DNA from: a virus | Virus record (IMG/VR): IMGVR_UViG_3300009181_004605 | Location: 5,133 to 69,132 of that record | DNA: 64,000 nucleotides | Reading direction: 5' to 3' (one strand) | Part shown: in pieces, positions 41,701-49,030 of the stretch | Layout of the letters: each line of letters begins with the position of its first letter | Numbering within the stretch: the stretch's first letter is position 1 | The notes under the pieces: generated by a model | What the model was told of the DNA's origin: nothing | Seen by the model: only the letters and a program-made list of their open reading frames with translations | The model's database searches: none | Made by a program: the position numbers and the translations under genes

Positions 41701-44399
41701 CTAACAACACCTTCACTAATATTTTCTACACTGCTAACACTGTCAATTACATAAACAAATGTATCGGTGTATAAATTATTATCGAAAACAATATCGCCAA
41801 TATTATTAAGACTAAGATATTTTAATGCAAACCCTAAAACGGGATCAACTGTACCTGATGCAGTTGCATAGGAAAATAACTTGCTGCCAACAAATGTGCT
41901 GCTTGGATATTTGTCTTTATTACTAAAACTAATACCGCTAATATCGTATATATTAAACAACGGTGCTTGATTAACACTAATTTTTTGTTGTGCATTAATC
42001 CATTCAACACCATCATACCAAAAACTCTTACCTTGTACTGTATCTCCAGCAAGGCATACTATAACCTGGTCTATTAGCACATCTGAATCTGCTGCCAGAA
42101 CTAAATTTATAATAGGTTGTGCAATTAATGGTGGCACAGTGTCTGGTACAATAAATGTAACTTCATATATCTTGTTTCGTACTGCAGGATTTGTGTCAGC
42201 AGCAAATATTACTCTTGTACCACTTACAAATGTATATCCATCTGTACTATATCCAATCGATCCATTGATATTACTTAAAGCATCAGTACTAGAAAAATCG
42301 ATTATATCGATTGGTTGTTTTCCTTGTGTACCGTAATCATATAATCGAGTGCCGGCACGGTATTCTAATATAGGGCGGCGACCGCGGAACGCATTATCAA
42401 CAACCGGATTAGTGTTATTATAGGTTGCTGATGCATTAATAATATCGATGTGGAACCAACGATTACTACGTGTCCAAGGGTTTAAATCTGGGCTGGCACG
42501 ATTAATAGTAAGATAATCTGGTACCATTGGTATATTAAGACTTGAATAATCGGTTATACTTTGTACATAGATTTCTGGAGTTACAAAATCATCCACTGAC
42601 AATAGTTTAATTGCTGTGCCAACTCCTTCGATATAATATGTTTGACCTTGATAGATTGCAGGAGTTACTGCTCCGATAAATCGTACTTTTAATCCATTGG
42701 AAAAGGCCACACCATTTGGACTTGTATAGTTTTTTTGCCCGATGATTTCATCTATGTCAAGGATATCAGAACTTGTCTGATCGATTAAGCGTATTCTACC
42801 GAAGATTTCTGGATCGGTACCATCTTGATAATATAATGTATTTTGTATCGCTGACAACAACGGTATCTGTTCAAAGTATCCTTCGGCATTTTTATACCAA
42901 TTGGTGCTAGAATATTGCGTACCGTAGTTAATACTGAATTTTTCAAGATTATTAACTGGCTCAACACTATTAAGCACCATGTATGGCAGTCCGCCGGCAT
43001 CATACACATATCGTATCTGCCATACACTATATCGTTGTGCTTGACTATCGATATTCGTAACTTGATCAAATAGTGTAGTATCAAATGTGCCCGGTAATCC
43101 TGGAGTGGCTGTTGGCGGCAATGGATCAAACTGTGTGGTTATTTGCCAACCACCATCCTCCGGATCAGCAATAGGATTAAGGAATATAATAGTTTTACCA
43201 TTAAGTTCAGTAATACCATCAATGCTGCCATTTTCTTCCAAAAAAGGAGCCACATATACGTTATTGATTTGATTAAACTTTAAGGTCGGAACTACAAGAT
43301 TAACCACACCACCAGCAATTACAGGAAGGTTATAATAAAAATTCTGTGCTGTGCTTGCTGGTACATTAAATTGAACTATACCAAGATCTTCGCCGTTGTT
43401 AATAACACCAAGAACATCTCTACTACTGATATTTGGTGCTGTTGGTAATCTTCCATTTACCCCCGGTGTTGTTTGTATCCAAAATCCTGGACCGGTTCCA
43501 GCGGTACCATCGACGATATTTAGAACACCATTCATGTTCATTTCTGTGTCGCTGGTATAATACAAGGTGTCGGGTGCGTCTTGAGGAACAACAAAAGTTA
43601 CAGTTTGCTCAAATGCTCCATTGTTAGTAACTCCAGAGTCGTATGTTTGCCCTTGACCAAGCACGGGTGCAGTTTTAATCCAAAATCTATAAGCACCACG
43701 CAGGCTTAGATCAAATGCATAGGTATTGCCGCGCACAAGAGTTAGCGTAGGATTATTAATATAATCTATTACGTATGCAGAATTGCCAGCATTTGTAACA
43801 CGATAGTTAACATCTTCTTTATTATTTTGAGCCACAGTAAATGAATAGTTGCCCTGACGTACTAATGTTAGTGTTGGATTAGTTCCCGTTGCGCCCGAGA
43901 ATGTGTAAACACCATTTGCTCGTGTGACAACAAAATTATCTGTACTCGGTACATTTTCAGAAAACACATCAACACTATCCGGGCCGTTTGGCAACCAATA
44001 GTATTGGCTATAGTTTACAAATTTATCAAAATCTACAAATGGATCCCAGGCGTAATACTCGCTAGTGTACAGTCGATCGGCACGGGTAGTTAAACTACCT
44101 TGTAATGCCAAGGCATCAGTAATACCAGGATATGTTATAGCATCGGATATATCGGTAGAGTCGGGTTTGGTAATTATAACTCCCGGTTCTAATTGATAGT
44201 TGGCGCGTGTATCTGTAGTTTCTTGTACATAGTTATCGTTGGGATTTATTCCTGGGCCAATGGTGCGACCAACAAATCCCTGAATCTTTTTAAAATTTGG
44301 TTCTTGTACAAGTTGATCTAATGTTGCTGACAAGAATTGACGATTTACTGGTGTTTGAAATATCTCAGGTAAAAAATCTACTGTACGAGTTCTTGCCAT
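29772..44399 (-). CDS. giant 4875-aa virion structural protein (baseplate/tail, multi-domain)
   Basis: Uninterrupted 14.6-kb ORF; DKFVNYSQYYW, FG-GAP-like repeats, beta-rich V.VNG...DY modules, VKPYHT motif; follows gp6-like gene. Confidence 0.8.
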   Translation of the reverse strand: MARTRTVDFLPEIFQTPVNRQFLSATLDQLVQEPNFKKIQGFVGRTIGPGINPNDNYVQETTDTRANYQLEPGVIITKPDSTDISDAITYPGITDALALQGSLTTRADRLYTSEYYAWDPFVDFDKFVNYSQYYWLPNGPDSVDVFSENVPSTDNFVVTRANGVYTFSGATGTNPTLTLVRQGNYSFTVAQNNKEDVNYRVTNAGNSAYVIDYINNPTLTLVRGNTYAFDLSLRGAYRFWIKTAPVLGQGQTYDSGVTNNGAFEQTVTFVVPQDAPDTLYYTSDTEMNMNGVLNIVDGTAGTGPGFWIQTTPGVNGRLPTAPNISSRDVLGVINNGEDLGIVQFNVPASTAQNFYYNLPVIAGGVVNLVVPTLKFNQINNVYVAPFLEENGSIDGITELNGKTIIFLNPIADPEDGGWQITTQFDPLPPTATPGLPGTFDTTLFDQVTNIDSQAQRYSVWQIRYVYDAGGLPYMVLNSVEPVNNLEKFSINYGTQYSSTNWYKNAEGYFEQIPLLSAIQNTLYYQDGTDPEIFGRIRLIDQTSSDILDIDEIIGQKNYTSPNGVAFSNGLKVRFIGAVTPAIYQGQTYYIEGVGTAIKLLSVDDFVTPEIYVQSITDYSSLNIPMVPDYLTINRASPDLNPWTRSNRWFHIDIINASATYNNTNPVVDNAFRGRRPILEYRAGTRLYDYGTQGKQPIDIIDFSSTDALSNINGSIGYSTDGYTFVSGTRVIFAADTNPAVRNKIYEVTFIVPDTVPPLIAQPIINLVLAADSDVLIDQVIVCLAGDTVQGKSFWYDGVEWINAQQKISVNQAPLFNIYDISGISFSNKDKYPSSTFVGSKLFSYATASGTVDPVLGFALKYLSLNNIGDIVFDNNLYTDTFVYVIDSVSSVENISEGVVRQYSNRISFIKEIGWQPAIEKSKIRQQFRFSYDGGPLRLDIRTNDNTSVPAIQLYAGSVFVNPSRYTVARTNTVTTITLLDIYVPGDIIEVAAISDQTSGVGFYQVPVNLENNPLNQNSPVLSLGTIRAHYETIGENLLAISGPINGANNTRDLGDIIPYGMNILQQSAPMTMAGYFMRSKEYNIFAALDFNSREYIKFKNQLLDNVIRNDYSDETVAGILTSAFSDINDGKSNLNSFYWSDMLPVGSTNTQTVTTYTAISTPVFDLTTTYDFTASNYQGLLVYVNDVLLALNYDYIVSTDGPRLTITIPLVVGDVITIQEYAATYGNYVPNTPTKLGLYPAYKPEIFVDDTYVNPTVVIRGHDGSITVAFSDIRDQILLEFETRIFNNLKIRSAIPLPATEVIPGQFRTTDYSLSEINEILSTDFLSWIGWNKLNYSTQNYIASNEFTWNYSAAGNRLTGDTSIGETPLLGAWRGIYNYFYDTDSPQRTPWQMLGFSQIPGWWIDVYGPGPYTQDNLVLWDDLALGLVADPAGEYILPQYARPRLTEVIPTGTEGQLLSPFDSVVGMYESSQFRKSWVFGDGGPVEASWIKSSSYPFAIMRLLALTRPAEFFSLFADRDLYKYNLDYNQYLYNDRYRLDANGIQVYGSGVSKASYIDWIVDYNQVSGRDSSAKLAADLASLDVRLCYRMGTFTDKQYLKIYTEKSSPNSQNSSLLLPDESYNLLLYKNQPFERIIYSAVIIQNAGDGYRVLGYSITNPYFEILTSRPGGLKTTISTGGESVTVPTQYSDVVTQVPYGYVLANATMVVDFLLSYGALLSKQGLLFDGVENGRTLDWNQMAQEFLYWANQGWSDGSIIGLNPAAGALTAIKSQAIVDSIVLMTQENLVLDQNRTTVPARDLIVIRDENTFTVSTASSQTISYLDLKFVSYESMVVLDNVSIFNDLIYAPVTGARQGRINVVATVSADWNGQLDAQGFILNNDTTVTEWQPIRKYAKGEIVIYKNNYWSAQGIVQPSAIFKFSDWVKSDYTKIQRGLLANIPNKANQLANSYNVNAANLELDNDLLSYGLIGFKPRTYMTSLNLDDVSQVNVYQQFLKSKGTKLSIDLFANAQLAKEVAEYDVWENWAIQRAVYGANANQSFVEFRLNEAMLRSDPSLVQLINPGEATIADQSILLNEVWRESYKLTSPNFLPTTFTVPTDIALPSAGYVNIDDVDITVFSIQGQLGLAPGVISTIGVGTTVWAAKSNDYDWNIYRCVAVPGFVAEISNNLNGTSTVIFTKDPQLAVNDIIILKFVDSTANGVYRVLAVPAIGSVVIDLQATVTITGQGLAYFLQTQRVAQASDVANLPYSTDLLPGARAWVDNNGFGHWEVLEKQQPFDTRASLQPADLPTGTKFGSAVTQSVNHTAALIGMSGYNNTGAIYTYLTDNLGNYAENTLLTLGATGTKGYGNAVDTGTNTWSIAGASASNNNQGYAAVIYRNAASNVFEQLQLLTAPDQNFGPTEFGYAVAMSLNERWMYISAPEANTVYAYGRVDVDDNQTVIYTSTGYTSFYNYADTIEISNDEQLSVVVNNTLQILNVDYSVSDTDVIFNSAPAAGLPIIIHRRSGYQLDQGSYYNVLQNSTSGVGTGAEFTIDRTRGVYSVSITAGGTNYAVANTITILAATVDGGTSPANDITLTVTSIGAGGSITGFTKSGSGVSNTTIFAIDPYLYTATNIYSFTVTVNGVLQRPHIDYDFNSDSALYAMEIVFVTVPAAGAIIIVSARSYFEWIESISIAGLPANARFGSSVSTTTDGRQVIIGCSNDTVDATTSAGSVYAIDRSVSRYIINTTTQLTYAMPANFVNPVAVLLNNQFLTNDAQIMNGQFAVVGTDIVISESVTLAVGDILEIESNIFTLIQKIPANTPAAGALFGAATDVCHRNCSIYVGAPGDSSILPGAGSVERHINQARLFGVITSTIANPALDNGDTIRINNTAVAVPNSPNQNVAGLAAAINAASIPNVIASVSAGLLTISVVDNKAADEFNKLSVLPGTTGTAFANLGFEAYTYAQTILSPRIDYFAGFGGAVFIDSSAVNLVVGAPGGNVYTQLTFDQGTTYFDDNSTSFFSVIVQSGAVYTFDYLPSATPSISNPGNLVFGQQIYDSELKELDQWGFSLNYTSGRLLVGSPGYDNIDDSTANYGRVGIFDNTTETPAWAVIHTQQPVVDVQLLDSVYMYDRLLSAKTQYFDFFNPLQGKILGAARQNIDFLGAVDPAKYNTGPVNNNGNYWAQERVGQIWWDTNSARFIDPNQDDIVYASRRWGQLFPGSRIEIYQWVASSTPPNQYAGIGTPLSTTRYTVLSRLGSDGIIATNYYFWVTGIDTINSAAGKTLSTVGIARYIENPKSSGIPYIAALDASTVAIYNGLEFISAQDTILHIEYDKELNSDNIHVEYELVTDGKSDSFISSGLYRKLQDSFCGVNSTGAKVPDPNLSDDEKIGVQFRPRQTMFVNRYMALQNYLTRVNAIIKQYPMSESRTFTLLNSSEPEPNSASGAWNKRLANLEELSYQNLKLVPVGYNYLIVSDSSNNGLWTIYTVIITNAATGEKSTQLLRVQTYDTRNYWNYIDWYLPGYNSSIKPVAQVATYTALDTISVSVGSSVKVTSNAQGKFEIYLRTLIGWDRVGLEDGTIAFSAELWDYSIGRFGFDIEVFDAQYFDKEPVIETRKIIQAINQELLIDDLAIERNRVLVLMFNYILSESTAPEWLVKTSLIDVEHRIRELIPYQLYSRDNQEFVVDYIQEVKPYHTQIRELHLAYNGQDVYPGDLADFDNPAFYNIDLEIPQYVSPVLLPYTTSTAVSAGANIVSDTAADNTIWAKWPWTNWYNNYLLSIQYVNIVNGGSGYTEPPVITVTGTCITPAIMTSVINSAGKVVGVIINDAGAGYSTTATITFDGGNGTGASAVVVMGNDLIRSISTTIKYDRYQYVSTIVEWKPNTQYVNGAYVRYADQVWSANFPIVIYQTGFNALYALDPVGGGINITVGTTYARADSTVALGYTPFDRFLAGATVITGDDNTPGPFVIGNTFTISASAPGTPNATTAVTATLLGTTAAAFVAAVTAAAVPYVSASINNTGAIVFTHSTGGIINLGLGIGTPIATAGFNVNIKGITAFGITLITLGLGGFYANTNAQITNSSTTFNTDQWLLVDPETLSGVDRTMGLYTPTVNQPGLSLPLLIDGVEYPGLQVKGVNYDQNSGFDVGNYDINPFDNLSYGPEGKPSYDPAILDAIYESSFVDPYLGIRATDVIIAGGEYIDVFSSYAPEELVPGSEFDTLDMRVYTTPGADWDRNGHGFNEDEFRFAFDPLFATTSFANHIEYPVQVVVSNQTRSVTMALGIDYTVNWPDQIITIINGASDGDVIAVDVYGIGGGNQLYRNAYNGATIGNTVIVPVMYTAIQELAVFVNGVYTTDYTLTDLTNSQTRVRFGTTYTATDYINLTAIGATTIDSSTVAYSWSTPQTQYINGIVGVLTYTLTNAMIYTNPDNLVVTLNGVRARGAAGAEYYGDGSTAYALPQRLGVSPGLIADNQVRVYLDDILQTQGVVYTVEAYDPLSGSPRAIQFITSPTIGVRVLVTVSTDAQYIVTSNQLIFNTTTGLIPINGDIIAVTSWNDTRQQDVLTQVFVGPVTESVVYQEGYDDTVYSPDTVDGDPGSFDYAEGAIINVNNFILERNIIDTSRLWVTLNGNRLFYGSGFTMSGREIIINSGVINATDVMIVTLFTNSVAPGAMAFRIFQDMRGVQATYRITTDTTTTLTVTLGATDDIMYVTNAAALAEPDLAINIWGVLTVNGERIMYRTRDTVTNTVSGLRRGTAGTGAATHAVDAIVYDLGRGNLLAEQFQNYIDYNEFMADGVTTLFTADNVVLAGDDSTLINEAVEVYVGGILLTELTGYTVIGNNPVTVEFDTAPADGVQITVLIRQGVTWYAPGINTASDGVALQNTDTQAARFLRGM

Positions 44400-47300
44400 T
44401 ATATGACTCCGCTGCCTGGGGCAGTACGTAAATTAGTGCTGGTCAACGCTTCAATTACTTCAACGCTGTTGATATTGGCTGCATTAACAAATATCTGATT
44501 AGGTGCTGATCTAATTTCATATAGATCGCCAAAACTCTTTTGTAAATTCAATGGTACGAGCACAACAGAACTAATGATACTACCCATCTGCGCATGTAGA
44601 TATGCTGCCATTTCTGAAAAATAAAATGTATCACCAAAGTCCCATTTATCTAACGTAAAATAATTATCCATATTGGCTATGACAAGATTCTTAATCTCAC
44701 TTACGCTTGCATTGCTACCATATGCTTTTATAACCTTAATAGTGGCTTGCAATTCTTTTGCTGCTTTGACACCAAATAGAGGTTTAAATTCTACAGAATT
44801 TAATATCATTGTATCTGATAACATTTTATAGTTTTGCAAGCCACTATATGTAGTTGTTAAAGAATTAATAGTAGGAGGTACTGGTTTTGATACGGTATCA
44901 GTTATATCTTTGATATAATTTTGATATTGACTATAATATTCTTGTGTTACTACATATACATCGATGATATTTGTTGTCCCAGGGTCTATTAAATTGGTTA
45001 AAGGACTATTGTGTCTGTATTGGAAATATAAGTCCTGGCGACCAGTCCTGGCAATAAAATCATTTCGTAGTACTAGCGATCTAACTCCTGTTGTTGGATC
45101 AATCACAAGTGTGTAAAATAGTGCCGCAGTATATGCGTAGAATATCTGACCAGCAACATATGAATTTTTAACAAGCTCTATGGCATTCATAGTAGCATAT
45201 TCGGAATTAACTATACCGCTTTCAACTAATAGATAGCGTTCGAGATTATCAAAGTCCACAGTTCTTTGCAAGAATACTAATTTAAGATTTGATGAAACAT
45301 CCGGCGCTACTACTTCTGTGAAGAAATCTGGATTATCGGGCACACCGTCACCATCAGAATCTTGGAATGATACTAGCACTTGATAATCATCCACATATCC
45401 ATCACTCTCAACTGGCTGCCCTACGATAGTAACATCAATATCACTGGGAAATGAGGCAGAAACATCCGGAAGACTATTAGATTTTAATATCTTGATAAAA
45501 TCTTTGATTACTGTGCCGGTGCGTGAATCATATATGGCTTGATTGCTGTAAAAGAAAAATCTAGTTTGTAATACACTACCAAATATATAATCTAATGCTC
45601 TGGCAGTTGTTGTGTAGGTAATACCGTCGGTTAAAAATTCTACTACCCAGCTTGCATCACTGCCGACACCGGCAGTACTACCGGCATTTGTTTGGCTCCA
45701 GGTAGCACCTTGATCAAGATTGGTAGAAGTGATAAGATACCAAGTGCCGGGCACTCCGGTAATGGTTCCTAGGCTGTCAAATCCTATACCAAAGTTACGC
45801 TGCAATACAATTTGATCCAGCATACTTTTCTCAAATGCAGCTGGCAGATCTGTTATGAACAATGGAATAACCTGTGTGGCAATTGCCCCAGTTGGTATAA
45901 AATTATTCAGCGCAACAGGCCCTGTACCATTTGCTAAATTACCAGTACCTTGATTTGTACCATCCCCTATTACAGCAGATGGACTTGCCCATAGTATTAA
46001 TTTTTCGTCGGACCTAAGCGGCGTTCCTGGTTGTAATCTATTATTTGAGTCAAAGTAATAACCAGCTGGCGGTATAAATTTTACTAATGATCCAACTTGT
46101 ATATATTTTTTATTATCGCTTGTATAGCTACCAACTGGTGCAGGTGCACCAAGACTGTTTACAAAATATCCAGTAGTTTCATTTATTAGTGTGGTACTCT
46201 GATGCCAAGTAATTGCAAGTGTTACAAGATCTGGGCGAGGAAAATTCGCATAATAAAACTGCTGCATTTGAGAAGCAGCTAAGAGTGGCTGTACTTGGTT
46301 AACAATAATATCATTAATCTCGTTTGTGGTTGCCCAGGTGAATAAGAATGTTGGCAATGTGTTTTCTTCATACAATGCTCCATCACTACCAAAAATATTT
46401 GTGCTGGAATACTTTCCGGTGTTATCTACTAGATCTAGATATCGACTGGTACCGATGCTACTACGATTTAATGCTTTGCTTTTTATAATACTATTATATG
46501 CAGTAAATGGGAAATTATTATAATCTTCGCCGTTGACCATGCGATTCTGTGTATAGTATCTAGCCGGAGCACGTTGCTTGATTTCGTCGATAGTTTCTCT
46601 TGCTTGTGCATTAGATACTGGCTGTGTAATACCACAGGTAAATGTAATAGTTTCGAGTTGTCCGGTTCTGCTGACATAACTTATAGGCAGACTAACTGCT
46701 TGCATTTCTTCAGGGTTGATAATATATTCAAGCCCATTGCTGGCACGTACATAGTTACGGAATTGTCCCACTGGGATTTCGCTAAACACCCCATCACCAA
46801 AGTTTAATGTGATCTGATCATTAGTTCTACTTGCGACAGAAAATAGTTTTCTTAAACGTGCGCCTTCCTGCACTGCTGCAGAGGTATATACGCTTTCAAC
46901 GTACTGCCATTCGGATTTAATAGAACCCACATTATCTAATTGATATAACCAAATATCTTCGTTGTTAATACCTTCAATATTAATGTTAACAGTCCTGTTG
47001 CTTATACGTTCAGACAGATTAAAATCTTGATTCTGCAATGCACCTTGTTTGAATAAAAAGAAGTAGCCGGTATTGGCGCTGGCGAATCCTAGTTGATCAT
47101 TACGAAATAACATATTAAATACGCCATTTGGTTTTGGTGCAGGCTCGTAAATAAATTCTTTGTTAAGTGCGGTACTTGTAACCGCTTCAAATGGCATGCT
47201 TATACCATTAACTGTGGCGGTATATGGGATTACTGGCAAGTAGCCCGGAACCAAGTTAATACTATACTCGTCGGTGCGTACTCCTAATATGGTAGTACGA

Positions 47301-47824
47301 TTTCCCGGACGGCCAACACGCTGAGTGTTAACCATAGATGCATTAATGATTGCTGTGAATTGTTCCTGCCAATTTAAATTTGTAGGATCGGCCCAATTGA
47401 CTGTGACATTAGAGAGATTGATACCGTTGATGTCTGTAACATTTTCTGTAGTTTGCACAGAGAATACTTTGAGATATCCTTCGGCAGCACTATTGCGCTT
47501 AGGTGTATAGCTTACAAGATTAGCCAGTCGAACAACAGAATCTCTGCGTTCGGCTGTATCCATGTAATTTTCACGTGTGTTTAAATCTGTGCGGAATGCA
47601 AGGGCTTGTCCCATGAATGCCATCACATCAAGTATGGCGATAAATTCTGAACTTTCTATGTAGTCATTAAAAGTTTCAGGGTAATAAAGGCGTAGATAGT
47701 CCACAAAACTTTTACGCAACGTTTCAAAATCGTAACTTTGAAAGTCTGCCTCACGATAGGTTTGATAGATTCTTTTCCAATCCTCAACCCCAAATATTGC
47801 TGTTTGTCTTGTTGTCTTTGCCAT
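44399..47824 (-). CDS. baseplate wedge protein (T4 gp6-like)
   Basis: DF..LR, FNDYIESSE, TAERRDSVVRLA..VSY.PKR, FGDGVF..IP.G, ETIDEIK..AP..Y.TQNRMV..EDY. Confidence 0.85.
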   Translation of the reverse strand: MAKTTRQTAIFGVEDWKRIYQTYREADFQSYDFETLRKSFVDYLRLYYPETFNDYIESSEFIAILDVMAFMGQALAFRTDLNTRENYMDTAERRDSVVRLANLVSYTPKRNSAAEGYLKVFSVQTTENVTDINGINLSNVTVNWADPTNLNWQEQFTAIINASMVNTQRVGRPGNRTTILGVRTDEYSINLVPGYLPVIPYTATVNGISMPFEAVTSTALNKEFIYEPAPKPNGVFNMLFRNDQLGFASANTGYFFLFKQGALQNQDFNLSERISNRTVNINIEGINNEDIWLYQLDNVGSIKSEWQYVESVYTSAAVQEGARLRKLFSVASRTNDQITLNFGDGVFSEIPVGQFRNYVRASNGLEYIINPEEMQAVSLPISYVSRTGQLETITFTCGITQPVSNAQARETIDEIKQRAPARYYTQNRMVNGEDYNNFPFTAYNSIIKSKALNRSSIGTSRYLDLVDNTGKYSSTNIFGSDGALYEENTLPTFLFTWATTNEINDIIVNQVQPLLAASQMQQFYYANFPRPDLVTLAITWHQSTTLINETTGYFVNSLGAPAPVGSYTSDNKKYIQVGSLVKFIPPAGYYFDSNNRLQPGTPLRSDEKLILWASPSAVIGDGTNQGTGNLANGTGPVALNNFIPTGAIATQVIPLFITDLPAAFEKSMLDQIVLQRNFGIGFDSLGTITGVPGTWYLITSTNLDQGATWSQTNAGSTAGVGSDASWVVEFLTDGITYTTTARALDYIFGSVLQTRFFFYSNQAIYDSRTGTVIKDFIKILKSNSLPDVSASFPSDIDVTIVGQPVESDGYVDDYQVLVSFQDSDGDGVPDNPDFFTEVVAPDVSSNLKLVFLQRTVDFDNLERYLLVESGIVNSEYATMNAIELVKNSYVAGQIFYAYTAALFYTLVIDPTTGVRSLVLRNDFIARTGRQDLYFQYRHNSPLTNLIDPGTTNIIDVYVVTQEYYSQYQNYIKDITDTVSKPVPPTINSLTTTYSGLQNYKMLSDTMILNSVEFKPLFGVKAAKELQATIKVIKAYGSNASVSEIKNLVIANMDNYFTLDKWDFGDTFYFSEMAAYLHAQMGSIISSVVLVPLNLQKSFGDLYEIRSAPNQIFVNAANINSVEVIEALTSTNLRTAPGSGVI

Positions 47825-47858
47825 AGTCAGTTATTTATGGACATATTAATCAGCTGAT

Positions 47859-48233
47859 TTATACGTAACTGGCTTGACCCAAATTTTGATTAAAAAATAT
47901 TGCCAAGCTCTCTGCATTGGTACCAGGAACGAATACTAGCTCAACTTGTATTAACATTCCATTTTCTTGTGGGAATAGCTGTAATTCGCTGATCTGCACC
48001 CTAGGATCACCCCCTACAACTCGTTGTAATTCTTGAGTTATAGTGCGCTGTGTGTCGGCATTTTGATTTTCAAATAGATTATCCCATAAACTAGTGCCGT
48101 ACGCTGGTCGGCCCACTAACTGTCCATGACGAATATTTAAAGCATTAAGTAAATCTCGTTTAATAAGCTCATTATCAAGCAAAGTAAATTTTTTGAATTG
48201 ATCTTGTGTATTGAATCCGATAAATGTTGTCAT
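47859..48233 (-). CDS. baseplate wedge/sheath initiator (gp25-like)
   Basis: LIKRDLLN..IR.G....P.YGT.LWD.LFE, DPRV; size and position. Confidence 0.8.
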   Translation of the reverse strand: MTTFIGFNTQDQFKKFTLLDNELIKRDLLNALNIRHGQLVGRPAYGTSLWDNLFENQNADTQRTITQELQRVVGGDPRVQISELQLFPQENGMLIQVELVFVPGTNAESLAIFFNQNLGQASYV

Positions 48234-48243
48234 GATACTTTAT

Positions 48244-49029
48244 TTATTTCCTCAAAGGATTGTCTGGAGCGAAACGGAAAATTCCATCTTCGTCTGTTAA
48301 CATAGGAGTAACGGCTAGTACTGCTGCTGCATCAGAATATATGATGTCGGGTATTTTTGCATTTCCGATTATATTTGAAACTAGCTGATCAAGATCTTGA
48401 CGTTGTACAGTGTTATCATATCCAGATAGTGATGGAGCCACATTAAGTTGTGCAGAATACGATTCAACAAAATCTATAGCATACTGCCCTTGCCTTGCAG
48501 CCATTTGTATTTTACCGATCATATCCGGAGGTGATACTCCTACTATCCAAGCAATAACAGCATCTACCCCATATTGAGCAGCAGGTTGCACTAAGGCAGC
48601 TTGGAATCGCGCGCTTTCATCGCCGGTCATCATGCCAGTATCAATTAATCCCTGATAACTTCCTTGTAACAAAGCCTGTTGTGCTAAATTTTGTATTAAG
48701 GGAAAATTTAAATAGTCTAATAACGATGTTATTCCTAGCAATCCCGTCCATACTGTGGATTGTAGCAGCACCGTAAGTGTATCTGCGGGATCTTGCAAAT
48801 ATGTGTCGATCGTTCCCGGTTTTAAAAATCCAGTAAGCGTTAATGCTGCAGGGCTTTGCCCATATACTCCAACACCTCGTGTGGCTATGTCGGCTCCGAG
48901 ATATACTGGATCATTGCTGTCATTTAATTGCCAATCTGGCAATAACACACCATTGACATCGTATGCACCAATGGCAGACGCTACAGCAGTTTGTGCCGTT
49001 AGTGCAGTAACTTGTTGAGCTGTAAACAT
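48244..49029 (-). CDS. hypothetical baseplate-region protein
   Basis: 261-aa ORF between gp5-like and gp25-like genes; GVGVYG..P..L...GFLKPG. Confidence 0.6.
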   Translation of the reverse strand: MFTAQQVTALTAQTAVASAIGAYDVNGVLLPDWQLNDSNDPVYLGADIATRGVGVYGQSPAALTLTGFLKPGTIDTYLQDPADTLTVLLQSTVWTGLLGITSLLDYLNFPLIQNLAQQALLQGSYQGLIDTGMMTGDESARFQAALVQPAAQYGVDAVIAWIVGVSPPDMIGKIQMAARQGQYAIDFVESYSAQLNVAPSLSGYDNTVQRQDLDQLVSNIIGNAKIPDIIYSDAAAVLAVTPMLTDEDGIFRFAPDNPLRK

Positions 49030-49030
49030 G

